Source: Schizosaccharomyces osmophilus (Eukaryota). From it: DNA of 64,000 bases. Under the pieces are notes generated by a model. The model saw only the letters and a program-made list of their open reading frames with translations. It was not told the DNA's origin and ran no database searches. The translations under genes and the position numbers were made by a program. Shown in pieces: positions 24,853 to 39,014 of the stretch (positions within the stretch are counted from its first letter, which is position 1; every line of letters begins with the position of its first letter). The stretch spans positions 2,046,001 through 2,110,000 of the forward strand of contig NC_079240.1 in the NCBI RefSeq assembly GCF_027921745.1, in the 5' to 3' direction.

Positions 24853-27652
24853 TCAAAATGTGTCAGGAAAGGGTTCATCTAGTAGCCGGACAGTATATGA
24901 AGGACCGCAAAGCTGACATTCCTTTAAAATGTCATTCTCAGAAACACTAGTAAGTCGATGTTTAAACATGCATTGTCTATGAAAAGCATGTTGACAAGGG
25001 AACAAAACAAAAGGCTCAGAGAATAACAGATGATGACAGTGCCAGCAGGGCTCACTATGGTCAAGAACAATATATCTGTTTTTTAAATCGTCGGAATTCG
25101 TACGTACAGCTTCAGCAACCTCCGTTGCTTGGTCAATTTCAAGCCCTAATTGCCCGATTTGTTCTCGACAACTTTCCAGTTCGTCACAAATATTATCTCT
25201 CAAATCGTCAAGAGAGATCTGTTCTGGTAAAAGTCGAATAAGTTCTGTAAGTGGAAGAACATTCGATTGCTCTAAAAATTTAATTGATTCTTTTATATTT
25301 TCCGTTGATGAAAACATCGCTTTCGTAATGGTTCGCCAAAGACTTTTCTTCAACGCCAAATCATCCTCGGGCATATTTGCAACGGAAGCAGCTAGTTCAT
25401 AATCCTTTTCTTCCAGAGCCAATTCAACACCCTGACTGTACAATTTCAATAATACTAAAATCTTCACAGCACTCCTACGGCAATTGAATTGCAAACAAAG
25501 TCGAATTCCAAGATCCATGTCATATAAAGGATGATCGCCTTGTTGTTCAATATAATTCATTAGATAAGACTCATTTGAGCTAGAATGACATGCGTAAATA
25601 CAAAATAGAGTATTATGTATAGAAGGTTCTGCGCACCCTAATACCCCAGTTACAAATTTCAGGTAGCGAATTGCCGCATTTTCTTCAACAGAAACTCGGG
25701 CACGTTGGTTATAGCTCAGCAAAGACGGTATTAAAGCATGAACATCCATATCTGTCTGACGCTCCCATATACTTACAGTTTCCATTGGACGATGGGTTAA
25801 TAAAGCAGTTGCATGCTGTATAAGGGTCTCCTGATCCACACCCTCATTTAACGTTTTTAGTGCTTTATCGTAGTTTTCTCGCTGTACCCAGTAATGCATA
25901 ATATAGGATTGATCTTTCATCACTGTTGCGATCTGCAGCAACTGTTCTTCTTTTCCATAATTATTTGCAAGATTATATGCGAGTTCCTTATTGATGTCAT
26001 CTTTATATTGTGCTAAAAGTCTTGAAAACTCAAATAAAACCCGTTGACGTTTTTCAATTATGGCATCTGGAAATAACTCAAGTCTCTCTTCTTCATCTAA
26101 ATCGTTTAGTCTTCCCAACAATGATTCCAGAAGCCAATTTACTAAAATCTCTCGTTGGAACTTCATAGAAGCTTTATAAGACTTTACCTTTTTCCACAGA
26201 TACTGTCTCAGAACATCTTTCTGCCCAATTTCTATGAAGCTCAAAGCAACCTCTTCCACCGATTTAAGAGTTTCAGCAAAAAAGGTAGCAGCCTTTTCGT
26301 AATCGCCTATTTTCATTAGATAATCAGCATAGCCATCCAAAACAGTGTTTCGCACTTTTGGAGTATTAGCACATGCCAAAGCCTTTATGTACTCTTCTTT
26401 CTGTAAGAATACCAGAGAGACATCACCCAATTCATTATTGACCACCAGTTCATGAAGACTCTCCGTTGTGTATAGCCAATATGTGTTTTTTTCATGATCA
26501 CAAGAGAGCCCTAATATTTCTTCATGAGGGGAAAGGGTAACTTTCTGTTGGTAAACTTCCTTTTGGCTAATTCTGTTGATAAAATATAGAGTATCCAAAT
26601 CGAAAACTGCTATATGAAAGGGAGTGAGCAGCAAGTTCATTTCTACAGTTGACACCGAGAGACGCGGTGACTCAATAAATTGATATTCTTGAATCAAGCT
26701 AGATGTTTCATTTATAAGATCATGATAGACAATCCTCTTATTCGTTTTTATTGCAATCGTGTAGGGTTCAGCAGAAATCTGGGGATAGGGAGAATGTGAC
26801 ACGCATTGAACACATTCATCATCGGATATATGATATAGTTCTGCAAGTTAGTATTAAAAAAACAATTAGTTACATTCATACCATTAATCTCTCCCTGAAG
26901 GAAAGGAGAAAAATAGTGCTGATCCGAATTAAATTTATTTCCCTTTGAAAACTTTAAGAGTCGTTGATTAGTAGCAACCACAAGGTAGTCCTTTTCAGCG
27001 TCTTCTTGGCTTGACAACAACATATCCAAGGGAGCTTCTGACTCTGGAAAAGAATAGACAGTATTTATAGACTTTTCAAGTCGTTTCACATTAGTTGCAT
27101 CTAACGTCAAAACAAGCTCGAGTATAGCTCCAGACCTAGAAGCAAGTAGTAGTTCCAAATTATTATTTTCACTAAATTTCCACATCACCGATTCAATCGT
27201 GTGACCTTTCAGCTTTGTCAAAACTCGACCTTGCCGAGAAGGAGTAAACAGGCAATTATCACCGGCTGTTGTTGAGACAAATATATAACGTCCTGAAGGA
27301 TCTAAGAAAATTCTATATGTGAGTCCGAGTGCTAAAGCTTTCTTCGGAAGTTCAATGTCTAAGAATGGTTAGAACCTGCGATGAGAAGCATGAGAAAAGA
27401 ACACATACCCACAATCTCTTCCGGTTTTTCTAGATCAACAATCATCAGTTTATCGCTTGTGAGTGCCATGACCAAGATGTTATTCTCGACAGCTAAACAA
27501 CGTATTGAAACAGGAAATTGCAGCTGGACTTTCTCAATAGAAAATAAGCTTCTTCGTTCATTATTCAGTTCGTTTTTTCTATAATAAAAATCTTTTTGTA
27601 GCTCTGTATTCTCAGAAGATGCAGGATCGACCCAGTCTTCTGCTATACTCAT
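24853..27652 (-). CDS. pep3: HOPS/CORVET subunit Vps18, 3 exons
   Basis: N-terminal beta-propeller (IFLDPSG), clathrin-like helical repeats, C-terminal RING CWHC...FPCQHAFH..C...CQLC. Confidence 0.9.
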
Positions 27653-28007
27653 CTTTCATAAATTGCAAGTATGTAAATAATCGAGGGAAATCTCAACCCA
27701 ATAAATACTGTAAGATAGTACAATTATCAAAGAAATAAATAAATGAAGCGTATTTTTTGATAATCACTTATGCCCTTTCTACTAGTCCAACTATGATGAC
27801 AAATAGAGAAGTGAGATGTTGGTAAGTACTATTTAGTAATGTTCAAAGTGAATGGGACTAAGTTGATTGGTTTTAAGCTATTACATTCAATTATTATACA
27901 TATTTTGTAAAGATAACAAATATATAGGTTGTATAAACAAAATAGAAGGTGTTATTAAAATCCCACAAAAATAAATAGATACGTTAGAATACAAAACAGT
28001 AAAGACA

Positions 28008-30125
28008 TTAAAGATGAATTGTCACAATGTCTGCTGAGTTGAAAGCAGTTTCACATATGGGACAAGTGCGATCTTTTTGCCTTAGCCTGGATTCTAAACA
28101 CGTCGAACAAAATGCATGGCCACATGAGGGTATAAGCCTATTTTTCCAGTTCGAATACTCACAAATTTGGCATTTTAGCATTCCTTTATAAACCTGTGCT
28201 TCCGCAGTTTCAAAAGCCTTTTCTATAAGGGCTGACTCCTTCTGATTATATTCATCCTTTAAACGAAATTGAGCTTCCTTGATTTGTAGAGAATGGTGCT
28301 TTTCATGTGCAGCATGAGTATCTTCTCTGATATGATCGATAGATTCTCGCAAGCTTTTCAAAGATTGTTCAAGATCAGAATTTCTAGTCTGTAGGCGTTT
28401 ATCTTCTTCAAGAACTCCCGCAGTATGCCTTCCAAAAATTTCTTTAATTTGTTTGTATACATCTTCCATTTCCTTGAGAGATGAGTGATATCTGGCCAAC
28501 ATATTTTCACGTTCAGAAAGTTTACTAATGTAATCCTGACCTTTGCTGCTCACTGACTTTAAGGTTTTACTTTCTGTAATCAATAAATCACGGGACTTCA
28601 TCGCAGAAAAGTACTTTTGTGCGGCTCTGGATTTGTCGTAATGGGCTTTCTTAATGGCTTCTTCACTATTTTGAAGCAAATCTAAGTTACTTTTCAGTTT
28701 CGAGTATGCTTTGTTAAAAGCCAAATGCATCCCAGGAAGCTCCGCTTCTAAACAAGCGTTATTCCTAGATATCTTTTCCACTTCGTCATCTTTCTGGTCG
28801 CCTTCATCCGTTTGCAAGTCAAAACTGTTTACCCACTCCAAATAGGCGAGTTTAGTCTTGTGAGCTTCCAAAATCGACTTTTTTGAATCACTGAGAAGTG
28901 ACAGAGCTTGTAAAATCTCTTGAAAATATACATCGTTGGTGTTTAGCATTTGTTGTTGCACGACGAGTCCATCACGTTCCGTTCTCATTGAAGTCAAGGA
29001 TTTTTCAAGTTCCTCGATTCGTGCTTGTTTCCCCTTTATTTCGTGCATTTTTTGTTCTGCATCCTCTATCTGTGTTTTTGTTCGTTGGGATATAAAGGTT
29101 TGTAATTCACTAAAGATAGATGCAAGTTGGTTGCTTACAGTCTTCACATTTTTTTCGTTTTCAAGCAGTTTTTCTTGTAAACCTTGATACTCAGGCGTTT
29201 TCTCTAAAGCTCTATCAGCCGCACTGAGTAAGTCCATATACAAATGTGCCGCCTCTTTTTGTTTTTCTAAAAGTTGATTTAGTCTTTGATCGACATTTCT
29301 CTTCATCATGCTGGATTGTGAATCAAAATTATTTTTTAGCTTGACGACGTTATCATCATCCAACGAAACATCCGTTTTAAGAGGCTCGGAACCATCCTTT
29401 GAGTCCGCCAAGTGAAGCGTCTGCTCTTTCTTTTGTTCAATGCTCTGTTCCAACTCCTGCGTAATTTTTTGTTGTTGCAATTGTTTCCATTCAAGCTCTG
29501 CAGAATGCTGTCTATCGGAAGTTAATGTAAGCTCCTTTTTCAAAAGTGCGAGTTTCAGTCGCTGGAAGTAAGATTCAAAAGTCATCAAAAAATGGCTCTC
29601 CTTCTCTTGAATCCATTCGTTCCATTCTGAAACATTTCCTTCCTCCAAATTTAATAGAATGCCATTAGAAATAACAGTCTTCAAAATCTTGTCGTAATCT
29701 GAGAAGTAAGTCAGCAGATCCTCAGAGACCAAGTCATTTTTTTCAAGAAATAAAGCTTTCTCCAAAGACAATTCTTTCGGTATATCGTTTGTTTTTTCTT
29801 TGTCAACCAACGGAAACGCTACTTTTTGCAAATGACTCATAAGTTCTTGATGATGACTGCGGGCTTCTAATACATAATGATTAAATTTTTCCAACAAATG
29901 ATTCCATATATGTTGAGCCTTTTCGTCTTCCAGAAGGAGAATGTCATATTCGTGAGTCCGTCTCCATATTGCTTCTTTTTGGAATAACTACCAAATGGTT
30001 AGTTCTATAGCATTGCAAAATGTAATTCATACCTCTAAATCGCAGTCTTCTTCAAAATTGAGTAGTCTCGTATGCTCGTTATGCACCAAACGTCGTTTTC
30101 TTGGTGGTTCATTCACTATTTCCAT
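28008..30125 (-). CDS. brl1: H2B ubiquitin ligase of the Bre1 family; exons 30125-30033, 29987-28008
   Basis: LFQKEAIWRR N-terminal motif after splicing, long coiled coil, QKYFSAMK, C3HC4 RING at the C-terminus. Confidence 0.85.
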
Positions 30126-30359
30126 AATCGACGCTTTCCTGTGTAAAATCAAATATCTTTTTTTTTTTCAGTTCTATATGATATTCAAAAATTTAGTACT
30201 TTTCGAATGAATTTGTCTGACAGTTCATCGGTAGTTACTGAAATTTGGTGGTTGACACTTAGACTACGAAATTATGGAGTGAGTGTTGTTTACACTTGAA
30301 AACTGCCACAACTCAATTGAGTACAATTTAGAGTTAGTTGGAGGTTTTCTGTCCATGAT

Positions 30360-32069
30360 ATGAGTGCTAAATTACTCTCATCTCCTATAAGTAAGTTTAT
30401 TCAATCCAATATTCCGCTGACAAAAAATTCAAGAAAATCCGTATTCGAAATTCGCCCCAAAGTTTACCGCTCGTAGAGAACGCTCTGTGGAGAAGTCATT
30501 TGAACATGGGACTGTAGAAAAACCACAGGAAGAAACTTTGAAGGATTTGGATGAGGTGAATGAGGAGCCAGTCGAGAATCCTCAGGAAGGGCGTGATTCA
30601 TTCAACATTTTAGTTGAGGCTGCTCAAGAAGCACAAAAGATGGGAGACGACAATGATGTAGATTCATCCTTGCAAATTAATCAGACTTCTTTAAGATCGA
30701 AACCTACAGCCGAACCGTCTTCTCCCCGGTCTAACGAAGATGAATCCCATCTTGCTCCTTTTGAAAGCTATGAACTCTCTGGGCAAGTTAAAAATGAGAC
30801 ACCTGTAGATGAGAATATTCCTCTTTCGCAATTAAGTTCTGTTCCCGTAAACCTTGAGGATGAAAGTGCATCTCAGTCGAAGCGAATGACAAATGGTAAG
30901 TCTTTTTGTTGTCGAGTTGCGATTGACAAATGAATTAGCCTCGGTCCGAAGAAGGAAGCGTAAGCTTATCGTCGATAATGTTGGAACTGAGAAGGAGAGT
31001 ATTAACGTAAACGAGACGAAAATGTCGGCATTGTGTGATGATCCCGGTATTGGCAGAAAAAGTCAACGCTTCGTTGAAATCGAAAAAATCCTGTTGGAAG
31101 AAAAGTTAGCCAAAAGGAAACAACGTACCGGATCCGTTACTCTTGCCAAGGAGGAGTCTCCACAGCGAGATTTGCAGTCCGTGAACGATACTTCACAAAT
31201 GAGCATACAGGAACCTGAAGAAGAAGAAGAAGTTGTTGGGACTGTGGAAACTGAGCCGGAAGAAAAGGATGTAGAAGTACCAGAAGAGTCTAATGTGGCT
31301 TCCAAATCTGTATTGGACCAACTCGCTGATAAGATGGATTCGGATGGACAGTTTAATCGCTCAAACGCTTCTGCTCCCAGAACACGAGTTGTGGATGGCC
31401 ATATTGTCTTGGATGAAGCTTCTTTGGAAGTAGATCGTCATGAGCGAGATTACGTACCTGAAGAAGATCGTGAATTCGTCGAAGAAAATGCACTGTCTCG
31501 TAGGGTAACGAGTGCAACTTGGGGAAATCGTCAAAAATCAGAGAAATGGAAGGCTGATGAGACAGAGAAGTTCTACAAGGTATTCATTTTATCTTTTTTT
31601 TCTCTTAAATCTTGAGACTAACAAATAGACGCTTTCTCAATGGGGTACAGATTTTGCTCTTATTTCTAATATGTTTCCAACTCGCAACCGTCGGCAAATT
31701 AAGCTCAAATTTAAGCAGGAAGAAAAACGTAATCCTGCTCGAATTAATGAAGCGCTAAGGACTAAAAAGCCAGTCGGTGAGTTTACAAGTTACTATTTTT
31801 TTATGGATTTTACTAACATGAAAATAGATATGGAAGAGTACAGCAAAGAGTCCGGTAAAGTTTTTCGTCCTGTCGAAGAGGTCGAAAAAGAACTGGCTCA
31901 TATACGAAGCGCTTTTGAAGAAGAAAGAAAGCGTGCTGTGGAAACTGCTGAACAAAGACAAGTTATAGCAAACTATGAAATTGAGCAGGAGAGAAATGCT
32001 CCTCCACCGAAACAAGAAAGAGAGGTTGTTTTTGAAGAAGGAATTGAGGTAGTGGGTCAAGTGGTTTAG
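30360..32069 (+). CDS. bdp1: TFIIIB subunit Bdp1, multi-exon
   Basis: KFAPK N-terminus, [13 protein letters not shown] domain W..DETEKFYK|..[29 protein letters not shown]. Confidence 0.88.
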
Positions 32070-32508
32070 AGATTTAATTTTTGGTTTATTTTCTTAATTA
32101 TTGTTTTATTGTTTTGGTAGTATAATATGGGTTATCGTTTGATTTGTTTATTAAATCATGGAATTTGTGTACTTGGTTTACTTTGTTTCATTTTTTTGTT
32201 TTGTTGTTTCTTGCTTACAGAGGGATGACTATCCGATTGCTTTAGACAAGTGTTTTCTTTTTACGACGCTGATTTTGAAGGTCATGGTCTCAAATCCTTG
32301 TGAATTTAAGGTTTTGTGAATTGTTCTTTTGGATATATCCTCATAAGTATGAGTAATTATTTAATAAATATGGTATTTTATCCTTGGATGAATGTGAGTA
32401 GAATATGTATGCTTTTTATACTAACTAGAAATTTTTCTCATTTTTTCCTTTCTCTCAGAGGAATGTTAGGAAGTTAACCCAAACAATTTCTTTTTGTAAT
32501 TACGGATT

Positions 32509-33469
32509 ATGGGAAAAAAAGAGAGATCTAAAAAGCAAAGGAAACCATCAGAAAAACAAGAAACCGAAAATGGTCCTTTTTCTGCTTTAAAAAAGAAGAA
32601 CCCTCTGCAAACTGACAAAATCAAAAAGACACATGCAAAGCCCAGGAATTTTCGATATGTTCCTCCGTTTGAGCGTAACCATCGGTTCTTATTAATCGGT
32701 GAAGGAAATTTCTCGTTTGCAGCTTCTTTGCAGAAGCATCATTTAGATGATGAGGCGGCTCTACTAGCTACCTGTTACGACAGCAAAGCAGACGTAGAAT
32801 TAAAGTATCCTGACTCTTCAGGATACATTGAGCAAGTTCTGCAAAGTGGAGGTGAAATTATATACGACGTGGATGCTACTAGGCTGAAGCAAAATCGAAA
32901 GCTCAGAAATCGACAATTCGATACAATTCTATGGAACTTCCCACACTCAGGAAAGGGTATAAAGGACCAAGATCGAAATATTCTAGATAATCAAAGTATG
33001 TTTTATTTATTAGCTAGCTTTTCAGACGGAACCAATGATAATGGAACGCCTGCTGCTACTTTTCAGGTTTAAAAGCATCTAAAGATCACAACTAACCGTT
33101 ACAGAAATGCTGTTGGAATTTTTCAAACAATCGAAAGAATTCCTTTCGGAAAACGGAGTCATTGTCATTACTCTTGCTGAAACGAAACCCTACAATATGT
33201 GGAATTTAAAGGGATTAGCCAAAGAAGCAGGTTTCATTAGCTTGATGACTGAACCATTTGACTCTTCTTGTTATCCTGAATACTCTCATCGACGTACAAT
33301 TGGATGGAAAGAGGGAATTAGCGAAAAATCAAATTGGAAAGGCGAACTGAGAGATTCCCGACATTACTGTTTCGTTGCTGCAGGAAGCAAGGTTGTTCCT
33401 TATAATCAAAAAAAACATTTTAATCCAAAGCAAGATTCAATAGATAGTTCTGATGATTCTCTAGATTAA
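32509..33469 (+). CDS. bmt5: 25S rRNA (uridine-N3) methyltransferase, DUF2431; exons 32509-32995, 33105-33469
   Basis: [26 protein letters not shown] and YPEYSHRRT motifs. Confidence 0.88.
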
Positions 33470-33647
33470 AAATCCACAAGTATTCACATAATATACTTAC
33501 TACGATTTCTTACATATCACTCTACTCATGATCTCCACGCTCTACCTAGAAAAAACCAGCCATTCGCATAAAGTATTTTGAGTTTATTACATCGAACTAA
33601 TTATTAAGTTTGAACAAGTAAAGACAGAAAGAACTGTTGATGCGTTC

Positions 33648-36173
33648 ATGGCTATTTCCAAAAAAGCGTTAGTTGAGCAAATATGCGCGAAGACGTTCAA
33701 GTCTAGTCTTACATGCTCAATTTTTGGTTTTGCGTTCCTATTTATTATTTATTTGCTTGATTGGTCTCGAATCACTAGATTTCCTCCACAAAAGTCGTTG
33801 CAGGGATTAAATGTCGAGCGTGCTTGGGACGACCTGAAATTCATTTCGCTACTCCCTCATCCTTACAATTCAAAGCGAAACGAGGTTGTCCGTGACTATT
33901 TGCTAGATGAGTTGAGACCACTTGGAGAAAATAATCAGTCCCATGTAACTGTTATTAATGACCTCTACACGAACATAACGTTTGAGTTAGATGACAAGTC
34001 CGGTCTGATTTACTTCGAAGGAAATAATATCTTGGTACATTTTCAGGGAAAAGAACGACAAGCACTTCCTATACTTCTATCTGCTCATTTTGATTCAGTA
34101 TCGACCGGTAAAGGTACCACCGATAATGGCATGGGGGTTGCTACTACGTTGGAGCTTTGCAGATACTATGCTAAGTATCAGCCAGAGCGAGACTTAATAG
34201 TAAACTTTAACAATGCGGAAGAAGATTATTTATACGGAGCTCGGACCTTTGCTGCTCATGAGCTTTCTAAAAACGTAACAGGTTTTATCAACCTTGAAGG
34301 AGCAGGATCTGGTGGGAAAGCAATGCTATTTCGATCTTCAAATCACTACGTAACAAAATCATACTTTCGGAAGAATAAGTATCCTCTGGCCTCAATCTTA
34401 GGGTCAGACTTTTTCAAGCGAAAGATAATTCGCAGTGAAACAGATTATATCATATATGAAAACATGCATAACGGGACCGCTGGTCTTGACATTGCTTTTT
34501 ATGAAAACCGAGACATCTATCATACTGCTAAAGATGATCTACCGCATGTTATGCCCAAGTCTTTGAGGCACATGATGTATACAGCATTTCGTTCTGTAAA
34601 TAATTTGCTTGACGAGCGCAAGAAAGATTTGACGAACTTCTCAAAGCCTACTTTCTTCTTGTTATTTGGAAAGTACTGGCAGCTTAAATATCCTTTATAC
34701 CAAATGACAAACATCGTTTTAGTTATTGCTTGTCCGATTATTTTACTTTCAATTTTGCTTCGGTTTCCTTCATTATATGCTCAAATAAAAAAGACAAGAT
34801 ACACGGCGTGTTTTCTCTTATCTTGTGTTTTTGTTTTTATCTTTGATGCTGGGACAGTACTTTTTTTGACTTGGTATAATCCGTATCTTATAAATGCTCA
34901 TAGTGGACTCGTTTCTGCCTTATTTTATTTAACTAATTTAATTGCCCTGGCTTTCTCGTTCCGCACAGCAGCTACACATAGCAAGCTTTCATCGGAAGAC
35001 TTAAGCTGTATTGAAATTGTTCTCATTTGGTACGTTCAAATGCTATGGTATGCAGTATTTCTTATATCTGTTGTCCTGTCTATTTATTATGAATTGAGTT
35101 CCACATACTGGGTTACGCTTTCCTATTTAAGCACCGTTTGCTGCTGTATATTAACTCTAATTCGAATTCGTTATTTTGTTGATAACGTTGAGGATATGAA
35201 TTTCACTCATGAAGAACGATCCCTTCTGGGTGCTCCTTCTTCGAATCAATCTCAGTATGGTTCTGTTCCTCAACCACCTCTGTTTCACAGGCAATCAAAT
35301 TTATCTACCAAAAAAGCACACGCGAAGCTTAAAGATAACATTTGGTCTGTTCTATATTTCGTTTTCATTGTACCTCTTCCCCTATTTTTGTGTTATGACA
35401 TCTTAACAGAAGTGGTTTTACCAGCCGGAAGCCAAACCTTGACTGACGCTCCCTTTTCTAACAAACTTTATAAGTTGACGATAATCATCGCTTTTTTTTC
35501 GATGGTGAATAGTGGGCCATTTATTTTCCGTGCATTATCTAAGAAGTCTACCGCAGTTTTGACAATGCTTTGGATAACGCTTGTTGTACAAGCATTGTTC
35601 CTTGACCCTTTTGACGAAACTCATCCATTAAAGTTGGCGACTTTCCAAACGTACAATTTGGATAATGGGAACCATACGTTTTACGTAAAAAACATTGCTC
35701 CTTTTACTGATAAGATCTTGCAGTTAAACCCTTACTATACAGCGGATGGCGGCCAATGCAATGATACCTATTGTTCCTTTAAATCTGTTGAACCTTCCTT
35801 TGAAGTCAATAATCCTATCGTATACGACATAAATCAAGGAAAACATCAAGTGGATCTCACAATCCGTGCCGAAAGTAAGTGGTGCTCGGTTAATTTTAAT
35901 GACTCTGTGTTTGTTGAAGACGTAAATGAAAATCGAATTGGTAAGGTATATACGTCTATCCGTATGGGTCAAAGAGAATTCCTAAAGCCGTATACTCTTA
36001 ATCTAACCATTACGGAGCCAACAGCTACCGTGATAACATGCTTATATGATGACATTACTGATGGTACAATTCCTGCTTACGAAAATTTCCTCCAGCACTT
36101 GCCTGCTTGGTCAGTAGGTACGAAAGCAAGCACTGGTTTGTTGAAAGTATCTACGTCTTTTACGATGTTATAA
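33648..36173 (+). CDS. M28 family multi-pass membrane metallopeptidase (ERMP1/Pff1-like)
   Basis: HPYNS..N, SAHFDSV, G.TDNGMG, FNNAEE, NLEGAG, RSETDY and YHT motifs, followed by a TM bundle. Confidence 0.9.
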   Translation: MAISKKALVEQICAKTFKSSLTCSIFGFAFLFIIYLLDWSRITRFPPQKSLQGLNVERAWDDLKFISLLPHPYNSKRNEVVRDYLLDELRPLGENNQSHVTVINDLYTNITFELDDKSGLIYFEGNNILVHFQGKERQALPILLSAHFDSVSTGKGTTDNGMGVATTLELCRYYAKYQPERDLIVNFNNAEEDYLYGARTFAAHELSKNVTGFINLEGAGSGGKAMLFRSSNHYVTKSYFRKNKYPLASILGSDFFKRKIIRSETDYIIYENMHNGTAGLDIAFYENRDIYHTAKDDLPHVMPKSLRHMMYTAFRSVNNLLDERKKDLTNFSKPTFFLLFGKYWQLKYPLYQMTNIVLVIACPIILLSILLRFPSLYAQIKKTRYTACFLLSCVFVFIFDAGTVLFLTWYNPYLINAHSGLVSALFYLTNLIALAFSFRTAATHSKLSSEDLSCIEIVLIWYVQMLWYAVFLISVVLSIYYELSSTYWVTLSYLSTVCCCILTLIRIRYFVDNVEDMNFTHEERSLLGAPSSNQSQYGSVPQPPLFHRQSNLSTKKAHAKLKDNIWSVLYFVFIVPLPLFLCYDILTEVVLPAGSQTLTDAPFSNKLYKLTIIIAFFSMVNSGPFIFRALSKKSTAVLTMLWITLVVQALFLDPFDETHPLKLATFQTYNLDNGNHTFYVKNIAPFTDKILQLNPYYTADGGQCNDTYCSFKSVEPSFEVNNPIVYDINQGKHQVDLTIRAESKWCSVNFNDSVFVEDVNENRIGKVYTSIRMGQREFLKPYTLNLTITEPTATVITCLYDDITDGTIPAYENFLQHLPAWSVGTKASTGLLKVSTSFTML

Positions 36174-36269
36174 GAAAAGGTAGGACACGATTTAGTAATG
36201 AAATGAATTTCAAGCGATCCTTTCTTCAGAAAATGACGATCGGCAGCGTAAAGGAAAAGAAGTACTGCT

Positions 36270-37816
36270 TTATGCCATAAACACACCTTTGTTAGGTGTG
36301 CTAGGTAAGGGTTTTCGGACCTTAATATAAGAAGGAGATGAGTTACTGGCTGGCTCAGAGGTTCCATTGTCGTTTTCGAACAGTCTTCCTATCTTACCAT
36401 GAGTTTGCTTAATGGGAGTGCTCAAATCCTTTGGTTCGTCACTGACGATACGTCGAAGGGTCTTTGCCCTCTCTATTGAGTTGGTAGGTGTTTTGTATTG
36501 GATTGCTCTACCTGAAATACGGCGGCAATAGTTTGCTGGGAACATGCCTGACTTCCCTAGCATTACCATTTGAGTATTCATTTTTTCTCCAACGTACCAA
36601 TCGTCGCTTAGTTTATGGCTCACGGAAATGAGATCGCCTGCGTTAAAATGGAGTTCCTTGCTATTTCTTCCATTAAACGTGTAAAGTGCTTGAACTACCG
36701 TTTGATCTTTAACGCCTTCTCTTGAATCGTTGTTCTGGTCGCTATTTAGTTGGAAAATAATAGAAGAAGGCCGCGAGTTTAGAGGCTCGTGAGGAGAGAC
36801 TCGATTTAAAGAAGCTTTATACAAGTCGACTTCACATTCCTCGTCATCCTTTTTGACTTCGGTGCCTTGTGGGTCTTGTGAGATAGAGGAATGACACAAT
36901 TCATAAACGTTTGTTAGTGTCTTCGTAGCTTCCTTAAAAAACTCAAGTTGGTGTCTCAATAATTGGGTCATTTGTTGCTGCTGATCAATTTCTGCTTCTT
37001 TCAGAGTAACCATACGGTTTCGGACGTTCTCTGTGGACTCTTCGAATTTGTAAGAAGCTAGACGGATGTCTTCTTCTAAGCGCGAATCCTCCTTTTTAGC
37101 CTTATAGGCTTTCATAAGCAGTGATTCATAGGTCTGACGGCGACTTTCGAGTTTTTTCCTGGCCGTATGGTAATCTTTCATTTGTACCAAGTAACGCTTT
37201 AAAAAGTCGAGGTAGCAAACATTGGCTCTGTTGGTAAAGAAACCTAAGAGCTCTCCGATTTTGAGCTGTACTTGGCCATAACTAACCAATGCGGCACCTA
37301 CGATTAGCCTCGCTTTTTCTTAAATTACTTACCATAAGGGGAGCCATCAGGAAGAGCTTTTCCATGGCTTACCATAACTTGTCCCATTTTCTCGACTGGG
37401 AAACATTTTTCTTTCTCCTCCCCGTCAATTCTTTTTCCTGTTTATTTATTAGACACTATTTGAGGTTATTCTACTCACCTAATGATTCAATCCAGGCGTT
37501 CCCTGCTTGATAGAGTTTCGTTATTCCTACTTATTAGTTTTATTGTCAGATAAATACTGTAATTACCTTCTTCTCGTACTCCTATTTCTTCCTCAAGCTG
37601 CACGAAACTTTCAGGAAGTTGAACTCTTTGATCACTTGGAAGCTAAAGCTTGATTAATATTGGCTCAATGTTTTCTCTGGTTTAAGAATGGTTTGGTTCT
37701 TTTTTGCTGAAAGCAAATACTCAGGTTCTCACATACTCTTTCTGTGCTTTGAAGGTTAGCCAGTCATTTACAGTATATTGCTCATACCTCCATGTGGAAA
37801 AAAACTTTGTAACCAT
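36270..37816 (-). CDS. mug137: BAR + SH3 domain protein (endophilin-like); 5' exon structure approximate
   Basis: BAR helices (ARKKLESRR.TYE), SH3 ALYTF...ELHF.AGD...WYVGE...GMFPANY. Several small upstream exons; the start at 37816 is tentative. Confidence 0.7.
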
Positions 37817-37993
37817 TTTTTCGATCCTACTGCTTGAACTTTTCTATGCTCTTTGGAAATCTGTTACTTCCATTAGCACTCGGCAAATCCGTATCTACAC
37901 TCTCAACAATAAATGGTTCTTTAGTTTTTTTGTTGTTAAGTTATTTATAACTTAATTTGCATTGAAGTCGATTTATATAGTACGATGGGTTTG

Positions 37994-38002
37994 TTTGTTT
38001 AC
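37994..38002 (-). promoter_or_regulatory. FLEX/forkhead site (GTAAACAAA) upstream of the mug137-like gene
   Basis: TTTGTTTAC on the + strand; consistent with Mei4-type meiotic induction (inference). Confidence 0.45.
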
Positions 38003-39014
38003 ATTTTACATGATGGATGTTTACTTTATATTTCGCCGCTCATCTGAAATGGTAGCTGTGCACTTTCTTAAACTACAAAGTCGGTCCCTCATCTATTACG
38101 CCCCTTGTTCGTAAATTCTAAAATTGGTCTCGATAATGTTAATTTTTCAAGTAGTAATCTAAGGACATTTCGCAATGTTTTGATAAATTCTACTTTGAAG
38201 AGTCATAACCTCAAATTATATATGCCAAATACATGATAAATATGAAGATTTTCCTTACGCAAAACTGATCAATAGCTCATAAAAGCTATCCCAAAGGGGA
38301 TACATATCATGCTTTTTTGGCCGACACGAGAGCCTTTCAAACAACAAAATTCCTTTGTGTTGTTGGATCTTTTACAAATAATTAAAAGCGATTGCTTACT
38401 AGATACGTCCTTTATTATGAACGCTCTTCATACCTCTCAAGAATCGATTTCGATATAGAAACTTTGCCATACATACGAAGCGATATCTTGGCATAAATCT
38501 TTTGAATTAATTTACCAATGAATAGCTTTTCCTCTGCCAACTAGCGGATAAACTATTTATCATTTGTTACCAGCTAGCTTACCACACAAAACACGTTCGA
38601 CAAAGTGTTATCTATGGCTTTACTGAAATCCAAATATGAAATGCATCAAAACAGAAATATACCATATGTACCTGAAAGATGTCTCATCTGTAAAGTGTTT
38701 GTTTACTAGTAAGTTTGCATTATGATACGTAATCCTTGTTTAACCTAGTCGCTTAAGGATTGCTATTCTATTCAATTAGGGTCATTCTAGAGTATGCCAA
38801 GTGCAACATCGACGTGCCATTTTTTGTTTAAAAAGCGTGTTTCTTTTACGTTTTCTGATCTAGGATTACCTTCTCAAAGAAGATATATTTTCCTTTACGT
38901 TTCGTGATCTCCTTTAGGAACTTAGAAGGAAGGTTCCCGTTACTAGGATCGTAAACAAACATTTTAATATAATTACAGCAGAGGTCATAGCAGAACCTTG
39001 TGAGCCTTCCAGTT

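Noticed and set aside
37737..37741. 5-nt micro-exon in the mug137-like gene
   Set aside because: Splice signals flank it, but I could not reconcile its reading phase with the next exon.
38840..38919. Imperfect direct repeat (TTTCYTTTACGTTT..TGATCT) upstream of myo52
   Set aside because: Two short degenerate copies; no evidence of function.
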